Source: Candidatus Bathyarchaeia archaeon (GTDB taxonomy: Archaea; Thermoproteota; Bathyarchaeia; 40CM-2-53-6). From it: 64,000 bases of DNA. The stretch's first letter is position 1. Every line of letters begins with the position of its first letter. The position numbers and the translations under genes are program-made. The notes under the pieces are model-generated. The model ran no database searches. It was not told the origin of the DNA and saw only the letters and a program-made list of their open reading frames with translations. Positions 10,100 to 18,613 of the stretch are shown here, one piece after another. The stretch spans positions 608,001-672,000 of the forward strand of contig JBEKVV010000001.1 in NCBI GenBank assembly GCA_049513715.1, given 5' to 3'.

Positions 10100-10717
10100 T
10101 CAAATACCTAAGTATCTCCGAACAAAATCTATGATGACCTCAGCTGCTGGCGGACCTAACCTTGTCGCCATTTCCTTCACCCTGTTCAAACGACTAGGTC
10201 TGAGAAGATCCTTACCTTTCTCCTTCTCAAGGAGACGGAGCTCTTCTTTGATGGTGGCAGTTTGGTCTTTTGAAACAATTCTATCCAAATAGTCTTCGAG
10301 GTCTTTCAGCGAATTTACGGTGGTCGTTTGGTTCTGAGTTATGATTCCTCCAGAAGCTATCTGCCCACCGCTCACAGGTCCATTGACATTAATGATGTTA
10401 AAGTTAACAGCGAGATTCCCGCGTGCACGTCCCTCAACCGCCTCAATCCCGAAACTTGTTAAGCCAAGTAGGTGCGACCATTTCTTCGTCGTTCCAATTG
10501 ATCCTGTGGACTGACCCTTTACTAGATTTGAATCGATTAAATATTCGATGTTGAACTCTGCTAGTTCTTCGCTTATGGCAAGAAGTTTAGCGTATTCTGA
10601 AGGTTTTGTAAGAATCTCAGCTCCCAGCTGTTTCTTGTTGTACAATTCCTCAAGAATCTTGGCTCTGATGTCCTGATTGCTCAGACCTGACAAAGCCCTT
10701 ATGCACTGGCCGTCCAT
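10100..10717 (-). CDS. hypothetical protein with N-terminal winged helix
   Basis: IRAKILEELY...FNIEYLIDSNLV...LTSFGIEAVE wHTH pattern. Confidence 0.65.
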   Translation of the reverse strand: MDGQCIRALSGLSNQDIRAKILEELYNKKQLGAEILTKPSEYAKLLAISEELAEFNIEYLIDSNLVKGQSTGSIGTTKKWSHLLGLTSFGIEAVEGRARGNLAVNFNIINVNGPVSGGQIASGGIITQNQTTTVNSLKDLEDYLDRIVSKDQTATIKEELRLLEKEKGKDLLRPSRLNRVKEMATRLGPPAAEVIIDFVRRYLGI

Positions 10718-10835
10718 CCTACGAGCTCAGATTTGAACCGCTTGGTGTGTTATTGTGCGCACCACGATACCCACACACACAAATCAAAGCCTGAACGACC
10801 GTTGAAATTCCGTCCCCCGAGCGATGCCTCGACTT

Positions 10836-11112
10836 CTATTTCGTCAAGCCACCCTGCTTCCGGAGTCTCTCCACCAGTTCCCGGTATCGGGGGTCAGCCC
10901 TTGCCTTAGCGAAGAGAGGCGCGTGCATCACGGTTGAGGCAATTATCGTATGGGCTTCGAGCGCCTTGTTCATGTACTCGAAGTAGGAGTCGAGGTCTCC
11001 GAGGGCGTGGTAGACGTACGCAATGAAGTTGAAGCCGATCGGACCTATGTTGGCGGTCTCGATCTTCTTGATTGCGAGGAGCGCCCGTTCCCTGTCGCCT
11101 TCCAGAGCCGCG
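10836..11112 (-). pseudogene. C-terminal fragment of a TPR protein (adenylate/guanylate cyclase-TPR type tail)
   Basis: ALGDLDSYFEYMNKALE...PLFAKARADPRYRELV; visibly higher GC than flanks; no native start. Confidence 0.7.
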
Positions 11113-11280
11113 TTCAGCAAAATTAACCTCGCGAGCGCTTCCCATCAAGAAACGACTCAGTTCAGTCGCCTTCAGTTCGATAATAGTATCCCACTTCCAC
11201 CTGCGGCCCTTGTAGTTTACGCCTGAATTGAAGTGTTGACGGAGAAGATTGATGAACCGTTGCTTGCCTTCCGCTTCGAG
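11113..11280 (-). pseudogene. cas1: casposase-type Cas1 C-terminal remnant (56 codons, mostly outside the ORF track)
   Basis: LEAEGKQRFINLLRQHFNSGVNYKGRRWKWDTIIELKATELSRFLMGSAREVNFAE resembles the FN..V.Y.G...W..II..K..EL..YL.G....DF pattern of archaeal solo/casposon Cas1. Confidence 0.7.
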
Positions 11281-11423
11281 AGATTCGCTAGACTACTTTC
11301 AAGGTCACATATTCAACCGTAGAGAGGCCTGGTAGGTGAGGCAGGCACGTTGACCCTCGCCTGCGAGATATATTCTGTATATTGGCAACCATTAAACCGA
11401 CTTGACGATTTGTACTCGGTTCT

Positions 11424-11624
11424 ATGAGCCACCATTGTAAATTGTGTCACCCACCTAAGATATTTCGATCAATCGACCGACTGCATGAACATCATTGGAC
11501 GACTCATCGACGATGGTGCTGCAATGTTTGTCATCATTTGAGTCGACTTCACTCAGGATTCCATGGCTGTGCAGTCTGTGGTTGCCGATACTCGAAGAAG
11601 CAGCAAGAGCGCCTTCGTGACTAG
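11424..11624 (+). CDS. small C2H2/Cys-His-rich zinc-finger protein
   Basis: CKLC..F...L..H....H followed by CNVC.H and CAVC. Confidence 0.6.
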   Translation: MSHHCKLCHPPKIFRSIDRLHEHHWTTHRRWCCNVCHHLSRLHSGFHGCAVCGCRYSKKQQERLRD

Positions 11625-11696
11625 AACTCCTTCAGGGCGTCGGAAGTTGCTTATTCGAGTGTGAGTGCTATGTTGTATCTGAGAGGTGACTAATGT

Positions 11697-11813
11697 ATGG
11701 CAAAGCAAAGTAGGGGAGCTAAGAAAGCGTGGACGGCTGCTAGAGATAAGAAGGTGACGAAAGCACGCGAGAAGAAGAAAGAACGCAAAGCCGCCCTTTC
11801 CACGTATCAATAG
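11697..11813 (+). CDS. 38-aa highly basic micro-protein
   Basis: GAGGTGA RBS upstream; MAKQSRGAKKAWTAARDKKVTKAREKKKERKAALSTYQ*. Confidence 0.45.
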   Translation: MAKQSRGAKKAWTAARDKKVTKAREKKKERKAALSTYQ

Positions 11814-11919
11814 GAACGCGCTGTTCTGACTTGAACCGTTTTTTCCGTTTCGGCAGACTCATTCTGAAAATGATGTGAATAACGGGTAACAGATCAAGAA
11901 GGGTAACGTAGCGGGACGC

Positions 11920-12009
11920 TTGTGAGGAGTATCACTGGTGCGAGCATCGCAATTTGAACTACCAATTTTGTGTGTGTGGGTATAGTGGTGCGGGCAACAG
12001 AATTTGAAC
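11920..12009 (-). repeat. two tandem ~50-bp tRNA-3'-end mimic + TSD + TIR-start units
   Basis: Minus strand GTTCAAATTCTGTTGCCCGCACCACTATACC-CACACACACAAAA, then GTTCAAATTGCGATGCTCGCACCAGTGATAC. Confidence 0.75.
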
Positions 12010-12115
12010 CATCGTCGTTCAGGCGTTATTTTGTGTGTGTGCGCACCACTAGACCCGCCCTATCGGAAAAATACGAGTGAACAGTTGGGGTTTGGTGCTG
12101 TTTGTGGCTGAGTGG

Positions 12116-12147
12116 TTTGTGTAGTAGTGTTTAGTGGCGCGCGCAAC
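12116..12147 (-). repeat. additional degenerate target+TIR copy
   Basis: 24/32 ungapped identity to 11967-11998. Confidence 0.6.
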
Positions 12148-12192
12148 TCCACTAGACGCAGCTGCATTTAGTCAATCTTTGGCAAAGTGAAA

Positions 12193-13719
12193 CTAGAGCT
12201 TTCGTTTGCGTGACTGGTTTGGAACGAAGCAAGCGATCAAGGCCACTGAATCTATGGCTGTGGCGATAGGAATCCACATCACAACTATGCTAGGATAGCT
12301 GGTTATCGGTGATTCGAACCCCATTCTTAGGGGTAATAGGATCAACGCCCCAACGATCAAGAAATAGGAGCAGACCAACGCCGCCAGCAGCCTCAGCCCG
12401 AGCACATCAGTCGGCCTTCCGATAATGAAAACCATCAAAGTGAGGATAGCACCGATGAGCAAAGGCGTTAGAGAGAGCATCCAAGCATTCACAGAATGCG
12501 GAAAAATCGAAGCCCACGGCACTATAGGAAGGTGAAGACTGAGACTTCTGAGAAGAAAGCCAAGGTCGCTGAAATAGCCATACACTACAAAATAGGAAAG
12601 CCCAGCAAAGCCCAACACTCCGAAACAAAACCGGTCGCGGCGTCTGACCAGTGTCCTCATGAAGTGGGCAACAAAGAATAACGAGCCGAAGGTAGCGAAA
12701 ATTGCAGGGGCAATTGCTATGAACGGAAACAAGACAAGCACGGCAGCAGACCAAATCGAGAAGAACGCAATGCCAGCTTTGCCAAAGATACATGTCTGAA
12801 ACTGAAGCCAATTCGCTTGTACAACGATTGCCACACGAATAACAGCAGCAACCGAAGAGGAGAGAGGAAGGAGTTGCTTGAGGACCACCTTAACTATTCT
12901 AGCGAACGTTTCAGAGCTGTTTGGCGCAGTGTCGTTTCTCACCTTCCAGGACTCCGCTTCGTAGATGATAGCGGGAGCAATTGCGGCGAAGAATAGAAAT
13001 TCTACATAAGCAACGTAGGGGGTAAGAACAGATGGCGTGCTCGGCTGACAGGCCAATATGCTCGCAGGCCAGATGCTGTAGTATATTCCTGTCAACATCA
13101 CGAGCCCATAAAGCAAGCCGTAATTTACAAAGACATGAATTAACTCCGTCCTATTGTTCGCCTCCCAGAAAAATGAGACCGATGGGAGTCTAATCTTCTT
13201 CCAAGCTCCATAGACTCGCACCCTGAGTCCATTCATCCGTTCATAGACTCTTACCAAGAGTCCATTCGTCAACGGGACAATTGCTATCAAAAAGATACCC
13301 AAAGCGGCGCCAAAAAGGAGTCCCTGCGCGGCATCGTTTAGGATTCCGTTTGCCAGCGATACAGTCGGTGGATAATCCCAGACAGAAATGCCCTGGATGC
13401 CGAGAAGGATTTCTTCTTTGGCTAGCGCGATCCAGTACACACCAACGAGACCACCGAAGAAAAGGAATCCTGAAGAAATCCACAGCGCTGTTCGTGCTGC
13501 AAATCGACCGATTTTTCCGATTCGTCGTGAGCGATACAAAAGTAGAAGTGGCATTTCAGGGACCAACGGAAGAGTCATCAGAGGTACGACCAGTACTGGA
13601 GGGAAGCCGAAATTGAACAACGAGAAAGAATAAGCGAATGGTGCGATTACGAACGCGAGATAAAGAACCAGGGAGACAGCGTAAAGCCAAAATTCACTGA
13701 GACGAAGCTGAATCCTCAT
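12193..13719 (-). CDS. hypothetical polytopic membrane protein
   Basis: 508 aa, more than 10 hydrophobic segments. Confidence 0.7.
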   Translation of the reverse strand: MRIQLRLSEFWLYAVSLVLYLAFVIAPFAYSFSLFNFGFPPVLVVPLMTLPLVPEMPLLLLYRSRRIGKIGRFAARTALWISSGFLFFGGLVGVYWIALAKEEILLGIQGISVWDYPPTVSLANGILNDAAQGLLFGAALGIFLIAIVPLTNGLLVRVYERMNGLRVRVYGAWKKIRLPSVSFFWEANNRTELIHVFVNYGLLYGLVMLTGIYYSIWPASILACQPSTPSVLTPYVAYVEFLFFAAIAPAIIYEAESWKVRNDTAPNSSETFARIVKVVLKQLLPLSSSVAAVIRVAIVVQANWLQFQTCIFGKAGIAFFSIWSAAVLVLFPFIAIAPAIFATFGSLFFVAHFMRTLVRRRDRFCFGVLGFAGLSYFVVYGYFSDLGFLLRSLSLHLPIVPWASIFPHSVNAWMLSLTPLLIGAILTLMVFIIGRPTDVLGLRLLAALVCSYFLIVGALILLPLRMGFESPITSYPSIVVMWIPIATAIDSVALIACFVPNQSRKRKL

Positions 13720-13813
13720 AAGAACGGCATCTCAAAGCAAAGGAACACACCAGGGATAGTAACAGTTAGTTTTTTACCTGTAGAATGTAACCACAATATC
13801 GGTGTTTTGTCCA

Positions 13814-13909
13814 GTGGCACGATGTAATGGTATTACAGCAGACGGAACTCGCTGTAAGAAGAATGTAGCTGGGCGGAAAAAACTCTACTGCGAAGATCAC
13901 GGTGGCTAA
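13814..13909 (+). CDS. 31-aa CCCH zinc-finger micro-protein (DUF5763/HGGxSTG-like)
   Basis: GTG start; MARCNGITADGTRCKKNVAGRKKLYCEDHGG*. Confidence 0.6.
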   Translation: MARCNGITADGTRCKKNVAGRKKLYCEDHGG

Positions 13910-14013
13910 CGTCTCTCAGCTGTTTGAGACCTATCATTCACTTTCGGTCAACTCAGCCGGTTAACCTCGCCATTCTCACGTGCTAAGTTCGACCAAACCT
14001 GCAAAGCTTGCTT

Positions 14014-14172
14014 ATGCAATGCCCGCATTGCTCCAAGCCAATGTATCTGCTAAGTCAGGCCCAACAATGGCGTTTGGAACGTTGGGTTGTGACTGAGAAA
14101 TTTGTCTGTTCCGATTGTCAGCTCATATCCACAAGAGAGGGGGACAAGATATGGATAACCGAGGGATTTTGA
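14014..14172 (+). CDS. 52-aa CPxC Zn-ribbon micro-protein
   Basis: MQCPHCSKPM...FVCSDCQL...EGF*. Confidence 0.65.
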   Translation: MQCPHCSKPMYLLSQAQQWRLERWVVTEKFVCSDCQLISTREGDKIWITEGF

Positions 14173-14423
14173 CACCCACCCTCCCGGAAGGCCAATCCCT
14201 CGCATCCAAGGACGATGTAAGCAACACGCGCTTCCATGACATTATTGAAATGCTTGCGGAGCACTTATGAGAACGCAGACTAGGACCGGCCACGTTTTTC
14301 CATCTGATGGCAAAATGCCCCTCTGATGGTTCTCACTTTTCACGAGATTTAGACAGTATTCGCCGCTCATGCGGAAATCGTAAAAGACTGTCAGTTATAG
14401 AATCACAATCGCAAGCGGCGGAC

Positions 14424-15944
14424 ATGGGAAGGATTATCGGCCCATCGCGAGCGGTCATACTACTGTTCTTTCTGTTCGTCTTTATAGTGAACTCTTCCAA
14501 TTATCCGAAGGCAAAGGGGCAGTCGTCTTACAACCTGTCGATCACCGCTCAGACGTCTAGCACCGAGATGGGGTCCGCAGTTGACTTGAATGGGCAATTA
14601 ACTCCCTTGCCCCCTGTGCCCACCAATGTCTGCGTCCCGGCCTGCGTGAGGCTCCAATTGCAGGAGATGAACCTAGATTCACAAATCTGGAATGACCTCG
14701 AACAATACACTGAGATTTGTGGACCCGGCGTTACTGGTACAGGTTGTCAAGACTTCCATAGCGATGGAAGCTTTCGAATAGTCTGGACTCCGGATATGGC
14801 TGGCAAATTCATGGTAAGAACCAAGCTTGTTTCTTGGACCCTTGTTTGCAACGGTGGACAGATTTGCACATCGCAGCGGAACGTGCTGGCGACAAGCAAC
14901 GACCTGGGGTGGTTCGAAGTGCAACCAAGGTCTTTCGTCGGCATCCCAATCTACTCCAACTCGGAATGGAACATGGCCGTCGGGTTTGGTTGGGTTGGCC
15001 TATTCTTCGGTTCCATCGGTGTGCTGCTCTGGGCCGTAAGTAGACGACAAAATCCTTTTCGAAAAGAAACCGGTCCGAGCATGCGTGTTACGGCTAAACT
15101 CAAAAGCACTGACGATAGCCCGGACGATTTAGTTGGTGGTCTAACTGAAGTCAAGAAAGCTCTTGCTGAAGCAATTGAGCTGCCGCTAATGCGGCCAGAT
15201 CTCTTTGAGAGGTACCGTGTGGTGCCCCCTACCAAAGGACTGCTTCTGTACGGTCCACCCGGCTGCGGCAAGACACTTCTTGCAAAATCTATCGCGGCTA
15301 AAGGAAAGATAGCGTTCGTCTATTGTCGCTCCACAGACATATTCACGAAATACTACAGTGAAAGCGCCACGCGCGTAAGGGAGTTGTTTGAAAACGCACG
15401 GAAGAAGGCCCCGTGCGTGCTGTTCTTCGACGAGATTGATGCTCTCGTTCCAACTAGAGGCTATTCAGACGACGCGACAGCGCGAGAAGACGTCAGAGTA
15501 ACTAGCGAATTCCTCGCGCAGATGGATGGTCTTACTCCACTTGAGCGCGTGATCGTGATTGCTGCAACGAACCGTCCTGATGCCATAGACCCAGCCCTTA
15601 TGAGGCCAGGAAGATTCGATAGGATATTATACGTTCCACCTCCCGATTTGGAGGCACGCACTGCCATCTTGCGAAATAGTATGCATGGTGTACCGAAAAA
15701 TGATGACGTGAATCTCAATGAGATTGCCCGAAGTACTGATGGCTACTCTGGAGCGGACCTCGTAGCTCTTTGCCGCGAGGCCAAGATGCGCGCGATGAAA
15801 GCAGAAGTTGAAGGCTCACCGCGCCCTGTCATGCCAAGAGATTTCGCAGATGCTCTGACTGTTGTGAAACCTAGCATCTCGCAAGCAATGCTTGAGAAAT
15901 TTGAAGCTTTTGTGAACTCGTTTAGAAGGTACAGAGAGAGCTAG
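14424..15944 (+). CDS. membrane-anchored AAA+ ATPase (Cdc48-like domain) with Cys-rich predicted ectodomain
   Basis: Signal/TM helix, Cys-rich beta region, second TM, GPPGCGKT, LFFDEID, ATNRPDAIDPALMRPGRFD. Confidence 0.85.
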   Translation: MGRIIGPSRAVILLFFLFVFIVNSSNYPKAKGQSSYNLSITAQTSSTEMGSAVDLNGQLTPLPPVPTNVCVPACVRLQLQEMNLDSQIWNDLEQYTEICGPGVTGTGCQDFHSDGSFRIVWTPDMAGKFMVRTKLVSWTLVCNGGQICTSQRNVLATSNDLGWFEVQPRSFVGIPIYSNSEWNMAVGFGWVGLFFGSIGVLLWAVSRRQNPFRKETGPSMRVTAKLKSTDDSPDDLVGGLTEVKKALAEAIELPLMRPDLFERYRVVPPTKGLLLYGPPGCGKTLLAKSIAAKGKIAFVYCRSTDIFTKYYSESATRVRELFENARKKAPCVLFFDEIDALVPTRGYSDDATAREDVRVTSEFLAQMDGLTPLERVIVIAATNRPDAIDPALMRPGRFDRILYVPPPDLEARTAILRNSMHGVPKNDDVNLNEIARSTDGYSGADLVALCREAKMRAMKAEVEGSPRPVMPRDFADALTVVKPSISQAMLEKFEAFVNSFRRYRES

Positions 15945-16118
15945 GAATTTAGGAATGAAAAATAAGTCATCGATCATTGCCTCAGCACGCGACCGGACCT
16001 GATGTCCATCGTTTTCTACACATACCTCTTTGTCAAGGCTGAATAACCGACTCTGCCCGATCAGGCATGCTTTATCTTGGCATTGATTTTCTTCCATTGC
16101 GGCAAGGCGTCCTACCAC

Positions 16119-16400
16119 TCAGTCTCCTTTTCCGCGACTAACGCTCTTTGCCCTCTCCGCTTCTTGCACGCAATTCCACCCCAATTCCTGTATTCGGGCG
16201 GTATGGGGATTCTCATTTTTCATGATGTTCAGAAGTGGTTGCGTTGCGGAGATCAAAGCGCTCTCCACCTGGTCAACATCACCGTCATAGGAAACAAAGC
16301 TTACTTCCAAGTTCTTGTCCGTGCTTGATTCTAGTGTTGATGCGTTCTTGTGGTTCAATGCCGTGACTGTCAAGGTTGCTAAAACGATTCCTGCAAACAA
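16119..16400 (-). CDS. hypothetical small protein
   Basis: 93-aa ORF with hydrophobic N-terminus. Confidence 0.35.
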   Translation of the reverse strand: MFAGIVLATLTVTALNHKNASTLESSTDKNLEVSFVSYDGDVDQVESALISATQPLLNIMKNENPHTARIQELGWNCVQEAERAKSVSRGKGD

Positions 16401-16428
16401 GGTGGCGAATGTCTCAGAACGTTACGTT

Positions 16429-17352
16429 TCATGTTAGGCCGATGGAATTGCAGAGACTTTCTCTGTAAATAGACTCTGTGAGCTGCTGACATCGATGAAG
16501 GAACTCGTTTTCGTCGGTTGGTTTGTTCCCTCCGTGGAATATTTGATTTCTCACCACGAATAGACAAAGGCCAACCAATCTTAATGTGGACCTGACGTCC
16601 GACTTTCTCGCAAGATCGTTTAGCTCATCACTGTAGTTCTTCTGGCCGTGCCAGTCTGTCAATCCCCGCGAACCAGTTCTTTGACAGTTTGGTCGTAGAC
16701 TCTAAGGATTTCCTTAATCGGTGCTCGGATGTGCGTTGATGAGATTCCCAATTGCAGTCAAATCGCCCTTCTTTTGTGGATCGAAAATGCCATAAAACGA
16801 GTTGAACGCAATCCACTGCATCACGAAACTGTCAACGGCATTGTCCGCATCTCTTGCTTTCCTAAACCATCCTATACTTCTCTCAATCATGGGACCCTCT
16901 TTATGCGCTTGCAGTTTCTTCATGAACCTGGCTAATGCCTCAAAGTTTGCGATTGGAAGTAACAGGCGAATCGAGAACGACGAAAATGGACTTTATGAAG
17001 CTAGAATTCTCCGAACTTCCTTTTCCGTAAGATTACCTTCCTCGATTGTTCGGTCGGGCAGAAAGTAAGAGAGCCTTTTCGGGTCCAAGCAACGCCCTTC
17101 ATAAAGAGCATAATGAATCGTGTTTCTATGTTTGATAGCGTAATCTTGTGCTCTCGTGACTTCTGTTGTCCCTGCCGCTACCATAGCATCCTTGCCGGTG
17201 GCTTGGGTTCTCGCAAGCTTCAGATACAATCTATCGACAAGCGCCATCATCTCGTGCATTTTTTGTTTGGCTTCTGGATCGCCGGTGTCCACCCATCGTG
17301 TCAACTCCAGCGATTCATTTGGCGTGTTTTTGAATGCCACAATTACGGGCAC
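16429..17352 (-). pseudogene. disrupted HEPN (ApeA/MauJ-like) protein
   Basis: Three same-frame ORF pieces; WFRKA..DSFVMQWIAFNSFY and RNQIFHG; TAA at 16993-16995 and compensating frameshifts at ~16670-16716. Confidence 0.75.
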
Positions 17353-17416
17353 AAGGTTCCACCTATCTTCCTCTAATTATTATAGCACGGATTAGCAAAA
17401 TAAATCAGCAGGTAAC

Positions 17417-18553
17417 ATGTTGAGCGATGACAGGCTAAGGGAGCGTATTGCCCTTATCACACGTTATTTCTGGTTGGATGACCTATTCAAGATAGGAAAC
17501 GAACTCAATTTAGATTATTTCAGGAAGTATTCGAGTCCATGGGAGACAAACCAGTATCAAGCGGCAACTGAGATTGCGAGAAACATAGATGATGACAAGC
17601 TGATCGGATTATGCAAGAAGTATGTGCCGAAATACGGACTTTCATTGGGTGGGTTCCATGGGAAATACTACACGGCGTCGACAACCGGCGAACTGAGGCT
17701 TCAGGATTCGTGGGAACTCATTCGTAAGAATGTCCGAAAGGCGTTGAGCAAATGGAGTGACCAGTCGTACGGTACCCTCCAGGCCCTGATAAACAAGAAC
17801 GGAAAAGCTGCTTACTTCGATCTATTAGATGAGATCGAAAAGGTTCTGGGTTATGAGTTCACTCCTTCGTATCTTCTTCCAAGGCTGAGACCGCTCAATC
17901 TCGTCTTCAAGACTGGCAGTAACAAGTATCCTGAGTGGACCATGCCGTCCGAAATCATTCCTGTTGTCGAAGAAGAAATTCACGGCTTCAAACGACCATC
18001 TCAGCCCTCTCATGGGAAACGGTCGTTCAGCGAGAGTTTGCTGAAGCAACTCAGAGAATTCGATTCCCTTGGAAACGGCATAGTAGATGCGAGAAGAAAT
18101 CTGAACGTAGTCTTCGAGCGCAGGTTTGGTACTGCCCTGTTGAAGCAGAATGAAATGGCAACAAACGATTTGAGAAAGCCCTGTAGTAACGAGGAAGAGT
18201 TCAACAACAGAATCCTTACACTCGCTTTACTCATCGATGGAATTGAAGCAGACAGGATTTCAAAATTAGTCAAAAGCGGCACACAAGGTGGGTCGGTGAA
18301 CCTGCTAGAGAAATTTCTAGAGGAGCACGTGGAACAATATGACAAGACTGCCATCAAGAATCTAAGGATGACAGTAACCCTGCGCAGCAAAAGATATCCA
18401 GTCCACAAGGACGACCCTCAGTATCTGAATGCACTGAGTTACTTTGGATTCACGGAGTTGCCACCGGACTGGCAAGATCTGTGGGAGACTCTTCTGAACA
18501 GATACCTGGAAACTCTTCAGTCACTCATTAGCTCCATCATCCGGATTCAGTGA
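17417..18553 (+). CDS. hypothetical protein, wHTH-like middle and HEPN-like C-terminus
   Basis: 378 aa; LRSKRYPVH (R-x6-H) in a helical C-terminal domain. Confidence 0.65.
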   Translation: MLSDDRLRERIALITRYFWLDDLFKIGNELNLDYFRKYSSPWETNQYQAATEIARNIDDDKLIGLCKKYVPKYGLSLGGFHGKYYTASTTGELRLQDSWELIRKNVRKALSKWSDQSYGTLQALINKNGKAAYFDLLDEIEKVLGYEFTPSYLLPRLRPLNLVFKTGSNKYPEWTMPSEIIPVVEEEIHGFKRPSQPSHGKRSFSESLLKQLREFDSLGNGIVDARRNLNVVFERRFGTALLKQNEMATNDLRKPCSNEEEFNNRILTLALLIDGIEADRISKLVKSGTQGGSVNLLEKFLEEHVEQYDKTAIKNLRMTVTLRSKRYPVHKDDPQYLNALSYFGFTELPPDWQDLWETLLNRYLETLQSLISSIIRIQ

Positions 18554-18613
18554 AATTCTGCACTGTGAAATTGTGGCATGAAATCCAACGAACGCTCATT
18601 ATACTCACTGTAG

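Larger units (their letters stand above)
10772..12041. mobile_element. non-autonomous casposon-like element with TIRs, 14-bp TSD and Cas1 remnant
   Basis: TIRs 10772-10810 and 12000-12041 (25/28 identical, then GTT[G/C]AAATTC); TSD 10758-10771 CGCACCACGATACC and 12042-12055 CGCACCACTAGACC. Confidence 0.75.

Noticed and set aside
10730..10810. Integron attC site
   Set aside because: Ends do not fit RYYYAAC/GTTRRRY; the symmetry is better explained by TIR|TSD|TIR.
11986..12010. Intact tRNA gene
   Set aside because: Only the 3' ~25 nt are present and the T-stem is broken; I found no complete tRNA in the window.
8736..12160. CRISPR array near the Cas1 remnant
   Set aside because: Repeats are irregularly spaced, in both orientations and mostly separated by kb-scale segments; no other cas genes were seen.
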